A stretch of 64,000 nt of DNA, taken from assembly GCA_030390025.1 (NCBI GenBank), contig CM059425.1, forward strand, positions 170,378,001 to 170,442,000, written 5' to 3'. The notes beneath the pieces are model-generated. The model saw nothing but the letters and a program-made list of their open reading frames with translations, had not been told where the DNA came from and ran no database searches. This DNA comes from Squalus acanthias. Lineage: Eukaryota. A program made the translations under genes and the position numbers. This document shows positions 1 to 13,371 of this stretch, in pieces (within the stretch, counting starts at the first letter, position 1; the number at the start of each line of letters is the position of its first letter).

Positions 1-307
1 TAGGATTTTGCACCAGCGATGATGAAGGAACGGCGATATATTTCCAAGTTAGGATGGTGTGTGACTAAAGGGGAACTTGGAGGTGGTGGTGTTCCCATGC
101 GCCTGCTGCCCTTGTCCTTCTAGGTGGAAGAGGTCGCGGCGTTGGGAGGTGCTGCCGAAGAAGCCTTGGCGAGTTGTTGCAGTGCATCTTGTAGATGGTA
201 CACACTGCAGCCACGGTACACCAGTGGTGGATGGAGTGAATGCTTAAGGTGGTGGACGGGGTGCCAATTAATCGGGCTGCTTTGTCCTGGATGGTCATAG
301 AGTCAAA

Positions 308-1169
308 GGGCTCGATTTTATCAATGGAGGCGAGCAGGAGGCAGGACTCCCACTTTTGGGGTTGTAGTCCCGCCTCCATCGAGTTGTGGCCAATCCACTC
401 GATTTTCCCTTGATTGACCTTGTTGAGCCAACCCAGCGGGCTCAGCAGGCCAATTAAGGGCCACCCAGCAACAGGTGACGCCACAGATTGACATTTCATC
501 TGTCAAGAGCTTTTGACAGATGAAATATCAGCGTTTGACAGCTCTCAGCTCTTTGAAGCTGTCAAACACTGACAATCTGTCCTCTAAGTTAATTCCTTCC
601 TCTCAGGCTGATTTAGAGATCTCTGCAGAACAAAAAGCAGAGGCTGCAGTTTTTGACAGCTCAATGGCCATTCTGCTTTCTGTGCCGGTGAGATTTCTGA
701 CTCCCGAGACCTGAAGGGCTGACACCTGCAGGAGGAAGTTAAGGTAAGTAAAACATTTTTCCACACTTTACACTTACCTTACACACTTACCTCTGCACAT
801 ATGCACCCATCACTCACCTGCCCACCGGATATATCGACCCCTCCAACCCCTGCAGACCCACGGTCCGCCTCGCTAAATCAGCGTGGTTTGGAGCCGTCGG
901 GTAGCCCACACTTCAGGGCTAAAAATAGGGATTAGGCAACAAACTGCCTATTAACTACCTGTTAACAGGCAGTTAATTGTCACTAATCCCCTTCCCGCCT
1001 CAGGGAGGCGGCGCCCAGCACAGGTCGGGTCCCTGCCTCCTGGGACATTGGCACGGAGGCGGGTTGGGGGCGGGTTGGGGGCGGGATGGGTTCGTGCCCC
1101 CTGATTTCACGATTTTACCCCCCCTCCCGCCTCCAATCCCGCCTCCACGGGCCGATGAAAATCGAGCCC
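308..1169. mobile_element. Non-autonomous PIF/Harbinger-type MITE (family A)
   Basis: TIRs GGGCTCGATTTT / AAAATCGAGCCC; 3-bp flanks AAA/ATA; internal similarity (inverted) to 19308-20153 and 57172-58037. Confidence 0.8.
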
Positions 1170-1180
1170 ATAGAGTCATA

Positions 1181-1484
1181 GGGCTGGATTTTCATTGACC
1201 CGTGGAGGCGGGTTTGGAGGCGTGTGAGGGGTTAAAATTGCGAAAACTGGCGGGCGGGCGCAAGCCCGCCTCCACGCAATTTTCATTAAATCGTGTCTGC
1301 TGGTCCCGACTCCGTCCCGCCTCTAAGAGGCGGGATAGGCTGTTAAGGCCCTTAACAAGCACTAAATTGCCTCTATAATGCCATTTTGAAAGGCCTTTGT
1401 GATTTTAAACCTTTTTCTATGTGAAGCACGCCTGTTCTGAACCACGAATGTGAAACCTGGCGGGAGCACATTTGGATAGCTGAT

Positions 1485-1525
<41 letters not shown>

Positions 1526-1881
1526 TCGATCGATGAGTGGTGGTGAATGGGAGACATATCTGGGAGTGGTGGTGCAAGGGAGACATATCTGGGAGTGGTG
1601 GTGCAAATATATCTGGGAGCAGACTTATGGCTGCTGCTGCTCATTTTGCATCCAGGTCCTCTCACAGCAAAGGCCAGGCAGTCTTTGCAGACCTTCAATG
1701 CAGCAGCAATGATGACATCATCAGAGGCGACTTTCAGACTGAAAACACTAATTGGGTCATGGGTTCCCACATGCTGGAACTCAATTGCCCAATTAGGTGA
1801 AAATCGCATTAATCTCCCATATCCAATTGCAGTCGGGTGGATAACACGACCCCAACCCGCCCCAGTATCAAAATCCAGCCC
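1181..1881. mobile_element. Non-autonomous PIF/Harbinger-type MITE (family B) with internal (GCTG)n and a short tandem repeat
   Basis: TIRs GGGCTGGATTTT / AAAATCCAGCCC; TSD ATA (1178-1180/1882-1884); shares internal sequence (gatgacatcatcagaggcgactttcagactgaaa) with 61326-62097. Confidence 0.85.
1485..1619. repeat. (GCTG)n microsatellite followed by ~29-bp tandem unit gggagacatatctgggagtggtggtgcaa (2-3 copies)
   Basis: Read directly from the sequence. Confidence 0.85.
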
Positions 1882-4800
1882 ATAGAGTTATACAGCACAG
1901 AAAGAGGCCCTTCGGCCCATCGTGTCCGCGCTGGCCATCAAGCCCTATCTATTCTAATCCCATTTTCCAGCACTTGGTCCGTAGCCTTGTATGCTATGGC
2001 GTTTCAGGTGTTCATCTAAATGCTTCTTGAATGTTGTGAGGGTTCCTGCCTCTACCACCCTTTCAGGCAGTGAGTTCCAGATTCCAACCACCCTCTGGGT
2101 GAAAAAGTTTTTCCTCAAATCCCCTCTAAACCTCCTGACCCTTACCTTGAAACTATGCCCCCTGGTTATTGACCCCTCTACTAAGGGGAAAAGTTCCTTT
2201 CTATCGACCCTATCTATGCCCCTCATAATTTTGTACACCTCCATCAGGTCCCCCCTCAGCCTTCTCTGCTCGAAGGAAAACCATCCCAGCCTGTCCAGTC
2301 TCTCTTCATAGCTGGAGCGCTCCAGCCCAGGTAACATCCTGGTGAATCTCCTCTGCACCCTCTCCAATGCAATCACATCCTTCCTATAGTGCGGCGACCA
2401 GAACTGCACACAGTATTCCAGCTGTGGCCTAACTAGCGTTTTGTACAGCTCCATCATAACCTCCCTGCTCTTATATTCTATGCCTCGGCTAATGAAGGCA
2501 AGTATCCCATATGCCTTTTTAACCACCTTATCTACCTGTCCTGCTGCCTTCAGGGATCTATGTACATGCACACCAAGGTCCCTCTCATCCTCTGTCCTTC
2601 CTAGGGTCCTACCAGTCATTGTGTATTCCCTTGCCTTGTTAGTCCTCCCAAAATGCATCACCTCACACTTTTCAGGGTTCAATTCCATTTGCCACTGTTC
2701 TGCCCATCTGACCAACCCGTCTATATCGTTCTGTAGCCTGAGGCTTCCCTCCTCGCTATTTACCACTCCACCAATTTTCATGTCATCTGTGAACTTACTG
2801 ATCATACCTCCTACATTCATATCTAAATCATTAATGTACACTACAAACAGCAAAGGACCCAGCACCGATCCCTGCGGTACACCACTGGACACAGGCTTCC
2901 AGTCACAAAAACAACTTACAACCATCACCCTCTGCCTCCTGCCACTAAGCCAATTTTGGATCCAATGTGCCAAATTGCCCTGGATCCCATGGGCTCTTAC
3001 CTTCTTGACCAGTCTCCCATGCGCGACTTGGTGTCGAGCTTCTTGCGTGTTGTTGGAGCTGCACTCATCCAGGCAGGTGGAGAGTATGCCATCACACTCC
3101 TGACTTCTGCCTTGTAGATGGTGAAAAGGATTTGAGGAGTCAGTAGGTGAGACATTTGCCGCAGAATACCCAGCCTCTGACCTGCTTTTGTAGCCACAGT
3201 ATTTATGTCGCTGGTCCAGTTAAGTTTCTGGTTAATGGTGACCCACAGAATGTTGATGGTGGGGGAATCGACGATGGTAATGTCGTTGAATATCAAGGGG
3301 AGGTGGTTAGACTCTCCCTTGTTGGAGATAGTCATTGCCTGGCACTTGTGTGGCACAAATGTTACTTGCCACTTATCAGCTCAAGCCTAAATGTTGTCCA
3401 GGTCTTGCTGCATGTGGGCATGGACTGCTCAATTATCTGTGGCGTTGCCAATGGAACTGAACACTGTGCAATCGTCAGTGAATATCCCCACTTCTGACCT
3501 TATGATGGAGGGAAGGTCATTGATGAAGCAGCTGAAAATGATTGGGCCGAGGACACTTCCCTGAGGAACTCCTGCATTGATGTCCTGGGGCTGAGATGAT
3601 TGACCTCCGACAACCAGAACCATCTTCCTTTGTGTTAGGTATGACTCCAGCCAGTGGAGAGTTTTCCCCCTGATTCCCATTGACTTCAATTTTACTAGGG
3701 CTCCTTGAGGCCACACTCAGTCAAATGCTGTCTTGATGTCAAGGGTAGTCACTCTCACCTCACCTCTGAAATTCAGCTCTTTTGTCCATGTTTGGACCAA
3801 GAACAACTACAACAACTTGTATTTATATAGCGCCTTTAATGTAGTAAAACGTCCCAAGGCACTTCACAGGAGTATTGTAAGACAAAAAAAGGCTGTAATG
3901 AGGTCTGGAGCCGAGTGGTCCTGGAGGAACCCAAACTGTGCATCGGTGAGCAGGTTATTGGTGAGTAAGTGCCGCTTGATAGCACTGTCACTGACACCTT
4001 CCATCACTTTGCTGATGATTGAGAGCAGACTGATGGGGCGGTAATTGGCCAGATTGGATTTGTCCTTTTTGTGGACAGGACATACCTGGGCAGTTTTCCA
4101 CATTGTCTGATAGAGGCCAGTGTTGTTGCTGTACTGGAACAGCTTGGCTAGAAGCGCGGCTAGTTCTGGAGCACAAGTCTTCAGCACTATAGTTGGATGT
4201 TGTCAGGGCTCACAGTATTTGCTGAACCAGTGCGCTCACCCATTTCTTGGTATCACATGGAGTGAATTGAATTGGCTGAAGACTGGCTTCTGCGATGGTG
4301 GGGACCTCAGGAGGAGGCAGAGATGGATAATCCACTCGGTACTTCTGGCTCAAGATGGTTACAAATGCTTCAGCTTTGTCATTTGCACTCGCGTGCTGGG
4401 CTCCGCTATCATTGAGGATGGGGATGCTCATGGAGCCTCCTCCTCCCATTAGTTGTTTAATTGTCCACCACCATTCATGACTGGATGTGGCAGGATTGCA
4501 GAGCTTTGATCTGATCCATTGGTTGTGGGATCACCTAGCTCTGTCCATAACATGCTGCTTCCGCTGTTTAGCATGCATGTAGTCCTATGTTGTAGCTTCA
4601 TCAGGTTGGCACCTCATTTTTAGGTATGCCTGGTGCTGCTCCTGGCATGCTCTTCTACACTCCTCATTGAACCAGGGTTGGTCCCCTGGCTTGATGGTAA
4701 TGGTAGAGTGAGGGATATCCCGGGCCATGAGGTTACAGATTGTGGTTGAATACAATTCTGCTATTGCTGATGGCCCACAGAGCCTCATGGCTGCCCAGTT

Positions 4801-7800
4801 TTGAGCTGCTAGATCTGTTCTGAATCTTCCCATTTAGCACGGTGGTAGTGCCACACAACACGATGGAGGGTGCCCTCAGTGTGAGGACGGGACTTCGTCT
4901 CCACAAGGACTGTGCGGTGGTCACTGCTACCAATACTGTCATGGACAGACACATTTGCGACAGGTAGATTGGTGAAGACGAGATCAGGTAGGTTTTTCCC
5001 CTCGTGTTGGTTCTCTCACCACCTGATGTAGGCCCAGTCTGGCAGCTATGTCCTTCAGGACTTGGCCAGCTCGGTCAGTAGTGGTGCTACCGAGCCAGTC
5101 TTGGTGATGGACATTGAAGTCCCCCACCCAGAGTACATTCTGTGCCCTTCCAAGTGGTGTTCAACATGGACGAGCACTGATTCATCAGCTGAGGGAGGGC
5201 GGTAGGTTGAAATCAGTAGGAGGTTTCCTTGCCCATGCTTGACCTGAAGCCATGAGACTTCATGGGGTCTGAAGTCAATGTTGAGGACTCCCAGGACAAC
5301 TCCCACCCTACTGCATACCACTGTGCCACCACGTCTGGTGCATCTGTCCTGCCGGTGGAACATACCCAGGGATGGTGATGGAGGAGTCTGGTACAATGGC
5401 TGAAAGGTCTGTGAGTACGACTATGTCAGGTTGCTTGACTAGCCTGTGGGCCAGCTCTCCAAATTTTGTCACAAGTCCCCAGATATTAACGAGGAGGACT
5501 TTGCAGGGTTGACTGAGCTGGGTGTGCCTTTGCCGTGTCCAAAGCCAATACCTAGTTCTATGCCAGGTGGTCTGTCCGGTTTTATTCTTATTATTGTTTC
5601 TCGTAGTGATTTGGTGCAACTAAGTGGCTTGCTAGGCCATTTCAAAGGGCAGTTTAGAGTCAACCACATTACTGTTTGCCTGGAGTCACATATAGGCCAG
5701 ACCAGGTAAGGACGGCAGATTTCCTTCCCTAAAGGACATTAATGAACCAGATGGGTTTTTACAACAATCCAGTAGTTTGATGGCCACCATTACTGATACT
5801 AGCTTTTTATTCCAGATTTATTTAACTAACTGAATTTAAATTCCCCAGCTGCCATGGTGGGATTTGAACTCACATCTCCGGAGCATTATTCCAGGCCTCT
5901 GGACTACTAGTCCAGTAACATAACCACAATGCTACCATACCCCTATTTGCCTCTGCAACCTTGTTTTTAAATTCAGCCCTGACCAACGGGGTGAAAATCT
6001 CCTCTGCCAGCTGGCTGTAAGAGTCACACTGAAATGAGTTTGGACAGGCTCAATCCAGCTGTCTATGGGCCTACAGCGCAAAACTGCCCTAACACAGGTC
6101 CGGATCTTGCTGTGAGTGGCAAAGGAACAGTTTTTGCCATTCACCTTGCTTACAGTTGCCCAGAGATTATCGAGGGCTTATCAACGGAGATTTCTGGTTT
6201 TCAGGCATCTAATCCAATTTGGTGACTCTACAGGGGATCTGTGGCATCTGTGAGCAGGAAAGGGAGCAGGGAGTGTCTTCAACTAATCAGATTGAAGAAT
6301 CCTCACAGATACATAGACTGCAAAGCAGGAAGTAAAAAACAGGAAATATAAAGTACATTAAAATCATTGTACAGGAAGCAAAATAAAGATTGGGACATAC
6401 ACACGGTATTAAAGGAGAGACATAAAAAAACAAAAACTGAAAAACTAATTAATTTTTTTTTAAATCTGCGACATTAACTTTCTTATGAGGGAATGAGACT
6501 CCACACTTGTAAAATAAATTTTTCAAGTCAGGGAGGTTGCTCAGCAGTAACTATCACTTATTATGCCGTTAAAATCTCAGTTACTACTGATTGTATAAGC
6601 CATAACTTTTCATCTGTCTTGAGAGCAAGAATAGTGGATAATTAGCTTAAGTTCACGCCATTACAGTGATCTCTCTGCAGATTCCATCGGCGAAGACTGC
6701 AACAGCGCAGCCTGTGGTGGAGCAGGGTCTCACTAACAGCAACTTCAGGATTTCTGCGTATGTGCAGATGCCAGAAGGTGTCAGTTTTACCCGGTAGTAA
6801 TGGCAAGCGCTAATAGCCTTGCCATTATTAATATAGCAAAATCTGGGCCACAAGCACAGAAGGCCTGAAATTTCTGGGTCAGAGAGGGCAGAAAGCAGGT
6901 GTATCACCCCCTTGGGGGAGGAGGGAGCTATAATTTGAGATGGAACTAAATTCGGCTGGAATTCTGCCCCATGCAAGAGATGCTGTAAATTCCAGTCAGA
7001 GGTACGTGTCAAGGGAGTTCCTGGGCTACCCAGGGAATTTCCACTTCAGGCGCTCTTGTAATGTCTCAGTGGAACACTGGTCAGCTGTTCCATTTTATTA
7101 CCTTGAGTAGTTCCAAAAGAAAAGAAAGCAATAAAAAATACTTGAATGTAGAGGTTGCACAAACCATCCCAGCTTCAAATTGCATCGACACAGAAATGGT
7201 AAATCCCTACAGTAAACTCATCAATGTGCAGCAAAAAAAAATCAGACACAGTTCTATCCGTGAACAGAATAACAAAACAGTCCCAACCACGTGGTGGTAG
7301 AATATTGCTTACACAGTCAAATAAAATTGCTCTATATAGGTATCACTGGATAGTGATCAGAAGTGGGAACCACTGGATGGGCTATGATGTCCTCCATGGT
7401 CGAACAAGCTGCTGACACTCACTATCTAGACTTACAGATAAAAAATGATGCCCATTGGATTAAACAGGACTCTCTACTTCCACCAGGAGAGAAGAAAACC
7501 AGATAAAACATATGTAAAGAATTTTGTTCTATGAATTTCCATTAAACAAACCTGTTTGTATGTGTCACCAAATCATGTTTTCAATCATCAATTCTTGATT
7601 AAACTGGAAGTATTGCTTAGAATATGGTATCTAGTATGTACATAAAGACAGAAATCTGAGTGCCTGACTGAGCGCCAATCCGAGCATTAGTTCTGAAACC
7701 TAACACAGTGATCAAAAAGTGACGTTACCAGATGACTGTTGGGAGGTATTTCCTTGGAGCTTCTCCCACTCCACTGCCAGTGGAAATTCAGTGGAAACCC

Positions 7801-7879
7801 CATGTACGTAAATGGCAGCGGAGCAGGGAAAACTCCAAGGAAATTGATCTCAATATATTGCACGTTACATGAACAGCAC

Positions 7880-8005
7880 TGCGGGAGTACCTTCATCACA
7901 CGGACTGCAGCAGTTCAAGAAGACGGCCCACCAACATTTTCTGAAGGGCAACTAGGAATGGGCAATAAATGTCAGCTTTGCCAGCGATGCCCACATCCTC
8001 AGACT
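7880..8005 (+). mobile_element. 3' tail fragment of the tRNA-headed LINE/SINE family
   Basis: gggcaactaggaatgggcaataaatg...gccagcgatgcccacatcc matches tails at 11009-11065, 47600-47660 and 59490-59550. Confidence 0.7.
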
Positions 8006-9034
8006 TAATTTTTTAAAACAGAGTCTCTTCCACAGATCTTCGTTCATTATGGCGTTCTGTGACAACCATGAAGAACCAAACCAATTACTCACAGCCTGTT
8101 TCTTCCTGGTTGTTAAAACTTCAAAGAGCTCCACAGAATAAAGAAAAGCATTGTTGTCTGAAATCAAATGTATGGCCACTGATCACAATACTGTACTTAG
8201 ATGAATGTATTCCATCATCATTAAGTGATGTGGCATTTCCATGAACATCCACTTTATAGTGACTAATCCCATTGCAGAGTTTAAAGCCTAGTTTTTTTAT
8301 GGGATGTCACCTTATTTTCAGAGACTATCAAAATGTTAAAATAACTCATTGTCTACAAATTAATCACACCCAGTGTTGATGCAAACAAGACCATTAATTA
8401 GTTTGGAGCCTCACAATTTGCAATGTTGCATGGAAGTCGCAAATTTATTAATGTCGTCGATGATCTGATTCAGTACTAAATTTTCAAAATCCACAGATTC
8501 AACATCTATGGAAAACATGGCATTGTTTCAGGAAGTCTGCTGAGAATGAGTCAGCGTTTAGACGTTACAAAGGTGTATTCTATATCTCGCTTTTCCCATG
8601 GGTCTGAAGCTGACCTGCAAAGTAAAGCCAATGGGTCAGCAACAGTCTGGCAACCACCTACCTTTGAGAAGAATCTGTGGATGGAAACACAAAACACATC
8701 ATATAGGCCATTATCCATTTTCTTCTTAATATTCAGGGGCGCAGTATCAGCTGCTGATGCCTATTGTTTTCAAGCCAAAAGACTGATTGCCTCTGTTGAG
8801 CTGTGGACTGTTTATGTTTTCCAGACGTGATTTCAGTTGATGCTGCTTTTCTTATGAGCATAATATACAACTTGAGTACAGATATCCATTCCGGGAAAGG
8901 AATTAAATAGAAGAAAGCAATGTGTGCCATTCACACAAGTTGGACTTAATGTCAGTTTTTCTGATTTGTTTATGCATACTACTTTTGTCTGTTTTATTGT
9001 CTTACAATAAATTATACAATATGCAATAAAAATA

Positions 9035-10096
9035 AAGGGATAAACAAATCTTTTTCAGGTTGGCAGGCTGTAACTAGTGGGGTGCCGCAAGGATCAGTGT
9101 TGGGGCCTCAGCTATTTACAATCTATATTAATGACCTAGATGAAGGGACCGAGTGTAATGTATCCAAGTTTGCTGATGATACAAAGCTAGGCGGGACAGT
9201 AAGCTGTGAGGAGAACACAAAGAGTCTGCAAAGGGATATAGATAGACTAAGTGAGTGGGCAGTAAGGTGACAGATGGAGTATAATATAGGGAAATGTGAG
9301 GTTATTCACTTTGGTAGGAAGAATAGAAAAACAATAATTTTTAAATGGTGAGAAACTTTCAAATGTTGGTGTTCAGAGAGATTTGGGTGTCCTCGTGCAA
9401 AAAACACAGAAAGCTAGCATGCAGGTACAGCAAGCAATAAGGAAGGCAAATGGCATGTTGGCCTTTATTGCTAGGGGGTTGGAGTATAAGAGTAAGGAAG
9501 TCTTGCTACAATTGTACAGGGCCTTGGTGAGACCACACCTGGAGTACTGTGCACAGTTTTGGTCTCCTTATCGAAGGAAGGATATACTTGCCTTGGAGGT
9601 GGTGCAACCAAGGTTCACTTGATTGATTCCTGGGATGAGAGGGCTGTCCTATGATGAGAGATTGTGTAGAATGGGCCTATACTCTCTGGAGTTTAGAAGA
9701 ATGAGAGATGATCTCATTGAAACATACAAGATTCTGAAGGGGATTGACAGGGTAGATGCTGAAAGGTTGTTTCCACTGGTTGGAGTGTCTAGAACTAGGA
9801 GGCATAGTCTCAGGATAAGGGGTAGGCCATTTAAGACTGAGATGAGGAGGCATTTCTTCACTCAGAGGGTTGTGAATCTTTGGAATTCTCTGCCCCAGAG
9901 GGCTGAGTCTTTGAGTATATTCAAGGCTGACATAGATAGATTTTTGGACTCTAGGGGAATCAAGGGATATGGAGATCGGGCGGGAAGGTGGAGTTGAGGT
10001 CAATGATCAGCCATGACCTTATTGAATGGTGGAGTAGGCTCGAGGGGCAGTATGGCCTACTCCTGCTCTTATTTCTTATGTTCTTATGTTCTTATG
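9035..10096 (+). mobile_element. 5'-truncated CR1 LINE (3' part of RT), degenerate
   Basis: ORF pieces with [25 protein letters not shown]; (TTCTTATG)n tail ending at 10096. Confidence 0.92.
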
Positions 10097-10659
10097 CAAC
10101 TTCACAGAGAAATGTGTCATAGGCCCTTATTAAGGATTCCCCCCCCCCCAATTTTCTCTCCCTTTTCTCCTAAAGTTGGGGGTTCATGCAATTGTACAGC
10201 TCCACTGGGCAATCTGTTCCCTAGTGCCTTACCTAAGTTCCCACTATTTGTGTGTAAAGTCCAAAAAATTCTTGCGTCTGCTATCCAAATGACAGCGCAA
10301 GTTGAGTTTTAAAGGCCCAACGAGGACAGAAATTCGGATGGGACCTGGAAATACCAAGTCTCAGCACAGAAGACTGTTGCCAGGGTATTTCTGTGTGGGC
10401 TCAACGCAGGTGAAATTTTGGTCTGCTACAAGCATGGCTCATGATGTTAGAGTAGGAAGAGTCAGAGGAAGGATTTTTCCACGCTGGCTCCGACCAGCGA
10501 TCTGGATGTCAGTAAGAACCCTATGTACAGTTTACTGGATGAGCAGAAGTGGAATCCACCAGAGTCTCAAGGTGAGTTCCTGAGCTGGAAGAACCCGGAA
10601 ATGCTGAATGTCAATGTTTGGACATTATTGGAGTATGGTAGCGTAGTTGTTTTTGGGGT

Positions 10660-11066
10660 TTGGTAGCGTAGCGGTTATGTTATTGGACTAGTAATCCACA
10701 GGCCTGCACTAATAATTCAATGAATGTGAGTTCCAATCCCAGTTTGAGGAATTTTAATTCACTTTAAAACATCTGGAAATGGAAAACTGGTACCAGTAAA
10801 GTGATCATGAAGCTGTCAGATTGTTGTAAAAATCCAACTGGTTCGCTAATGTCCTTTAGGGAAGGAAACCTGCTGTCCTTACCCAGCCTGGCCTATATGT
10901 GAATCCAGGCCCACACCCACTTGGGTGACACTTAACTGCATTCTGAAGCCATTCAGTTGCATCAAACCACTTACAGCGGTTTACGAAGGCCCACCATTAC
11001 CTTCTAAGGGCAACTAAGGATGGACAATAAATGCCAGCCTTGCCGGTGGCACCCACATCCCAAGAA
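10660..11066 (+). mobile_element. tRNA-headed SINE sharing its 5' part and 3' tail with the LINE at 1-5943
   Basis: A-box-like TAGCGTAGCGG and B-box-like GAGTTCCAATCC; body matches the reverse complement of 5620-5940; tail matches the LINE 3' end seen at 59313-59566. Confidence 0.75.
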
Positions 11067-12919
11067 TTACTTTTAAAGAAGGATCACCCCCTCCTATAAA
11101 GGTGGGCGATCAGCTAGGGAGCTTAAACTTTGTATAGGGGAGGGTCCAGCAGTGGCTCCTCCAAGTGGTTTTCCAGCACCACATTTCCCATCTCCTGTTC
11201 TCTAACAAGAGCCCAATACGCGCCCATGCTGGTGCAAGTCCCTGTCAAAAATATGTAAATTATGTGACCCCACTGTGACCCCGGAAACTTTGCTGAGGCT
11301 AGGAGCAGAGGTCAGCAGCACCCACTCCACCGTACCTACAGCAAGATTTGGGGGCCTTTAATATCACAAAGCTAATTAATGAGGAAGAGCATTATAGCTC
11401 AGCCTGATCCTAACTGCACCCAATCTCTGCACTTACCTGCAGGAGTCAGTATGTAAGAATTAAAAGTGAAAAACAATTATTATCTTTTCCATACCCAAAG
11501 GACACTGAGACCAGCTACAGCATGCTTGCTGCAGTGAAATGCAAGATTTGATCAGGTTAAAAAGTCGCAAAACATTAAACAATTTGTCCACCTGTTTTTA
11601 TAAGTTATCCTGCATAATATGTATGGTACACGAATCTTATCTGTCATATTTTGATGTGAGACCAGACCCGAATATTCTTAATTCTCAATCAAAAATTTCA
11701 TTACAAAAAAAGCATATAAACGTGTGTTATACACGAAACGTGTAACTAGGGAATGTTGGTATTTTGAAAACACACCTGCATGGAAAATAAACTAGTCTTG
11801 ACTTCAGGCTTTATAACCTGTTTGTGCCTGCAATATTCACGTCATGCTGTATTTTCTGAACATCACGGCTCTCTGTTTTAATATTTGGCCGACATCCAAG
11901 TAAAAGTCTTCAATAACATCTAATCCCATTTGAGTAGTAAAACATGTAACTACGCTGAGGTAAATTCCAAACTAGTAATCAACAGTACAAATTCTCAACC
12001 ACTGCATTATGCACCAATATTATACAGGCCTTATATTACTTTTGGCTGTTTTGACGTTTTGTTCATGGTACTCAGTAAACTTGAGCTGGTTCCTCTGCAT
12101 CCGGCAACTATGTTAATTTAGCAATTTTGTTTCTGACAAAACTGGCGGATTAACAAGGTGCGTGTGGCTGTTACTCAGAATGTCATCTGTCAGTGTTTCC
12201 CGTTGACAGGCAGTGTTTCCCAGAGAGGGTTCACTTGTCAACATTTGCTGGCAACCATCAGCGCAGGATTTAAACGCCCCACAATGACTGCGCTGAGATC
12301 ACTCCAGGATGTACCTCAGAAAACCTTTCTGCGGCCAAGTGCAAAGGTCAAATGCATCAATCGCAACAATTTGTATTCTTTAACTGCAGGTCAACTGTCC
12401 ACTGTTCACTCAAAGCCGCATTTCACAGCCAAGTGCTGCCCTTCATCCCTGCTCTTCTCTGTTTCCACTCTCTTCATTTATTTTTCTTAAAGAGGTTTCT
12501 TAAAGGGAACACGTCCGCTGCACCTGCAGCTTCAGACCCCAGGAGTGAAATTAACAGGACACAGAAACAGAAATCACGTATGTGGCCTCTCTGAAAGTCC
12601 TGGGAGCTTCCCAAAAGATTTACAAATGATAAAATTAGTTGAATTCCGGATATCATTTTTTAAAATTGCCTACAAATATTGCAATCTATATTTTGATTTG
12701 TCTTAAGCTAAAAGTCTGTGCTTTTTCCTTTAAAGTCCCTTTTTTAATCACCCAAGGGTAAGGTATTGAATTGAGGATATTATAAGATTATAAAAGCTAT
12801 GGATTGAAAAGTTTCTCTGTTAATTTGTGCGAGGCCAGGATTTGAGTATCTGGGTCCTGGCCGAGTTTGTGGCTCTGCTCCCTTCTCAGCCACTGGAATT
12901 TTGGCCCTTATGATTTGTG

Positions 12920-13371
12920 CCAGCTGTGGCTCAGTGGGTAGCATTCTTGCCTCTGAGTCAGAAGGTTGTGGGTTTAAGTTCAACTCCAGAGAGTTGCGCA
13001 CAAAAGTCTAGGCTGACACTCCAGTGCAGTACTGAGAGAGCTCTGCACTGTCAGAGGGGCCGTCTTTTGGATGAGATGTTAAATCGAGGCCCCGTCTGCT
13101 CTCTCAGGTGGACGTAAAAGATCCCATGGCACTATTTCAAAGAAGAGCAGGGGAGTTATCCCCGGTGTCCTGGCCAATATTTATCGCTCAATCAACATCA
13201 CGAAAAACAGATTATTTGGTCATTATCACATTGCTGTTTCTGGGAGCTTGCTCAGTGCAAATTGGCTGCCGCGTTTCCTACATTTCAACAGTGACTACAC
13301 TTCAAAAGTACTTCATTGGTTGTAAAGTGCTTTGGGACGTCCTGAGGTTGTGAAAGGCGCTATATAAATGC
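12920..13371 (+). mobile_element. tRNA-derived SINE with Deu-like central domain (SacSINE1/AmnSINE1-like)
   Basis: A box TGGCTCAGTGG; B-box-like GGTTTAAGTTC; central gaggccccgtctgctctctcaggtggacgtaaaagatcccatggcactatt; L2-type tail gtgaaaggcgctatataaatgc. Family name is from recall of the consensus. Confidence 0.75.

Larger units (their letters stand above)
296..3028 (-). mobile_element. 5'-truncated CR1 LINE (RT C-terminal half, ORF 1954..2973) with (CTCTATGA)n tail; tail carries two MITEs
   Basis: ORF has [41 protein letters not shown] at 292-295/3029-3032. Closely similar to the + strand copy at 44898-47195. Confidence 0.92.
1..5943 (-). mobile_element. Decayed CR1/L2-group LINE (APE endonuclease + RT, no visible ORF1), 3' end runs off the window; interrupted by a CR1 (296-3028) and a short retroposed tail (~3802-3889)
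   Basis: Minus-strand ORF fragments: EN (LLVNIWGL...PDIVVLT, STYRPPS; 5055-5619) and RT ([34 protein letters not shown]; 2997-4187). Host sequence is contiguous across the CR1 insertion (gtcctggaTGGT / TGGTgtcgagc). tRNA-like head at 5860-5943. Confidence 0.85.

Noticed and set aside
2441..3103. Long antisense ORFs over CR1 RT (also 15489..16127, 43494..43913, 46017..46442)
   Set aside because: Shadow frames of the sense coding sequence.
5988..7040. Further MITE-like remnants (also ~10310-10620 and 11070-11360)
   Set aside because: TIR-like words are present but I could not pair ends or TSDs reliably.
7040..9030. Host exons in unique sequence (isolated GT/AG motifs, ORF 8546..8830); likewise 11500-14100 and 47950-50700
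   Set aside because: No recognisable protein motif or consistent exon chain; a host intron cannot be excluded without alignments.
12920..12990. tRNA gene (also 5860-5943, 10660-10740, 63705-63750)
   Set aside because: A/B boxes continue into SINE/LINE bodies and no complete cloverleaf is evident.
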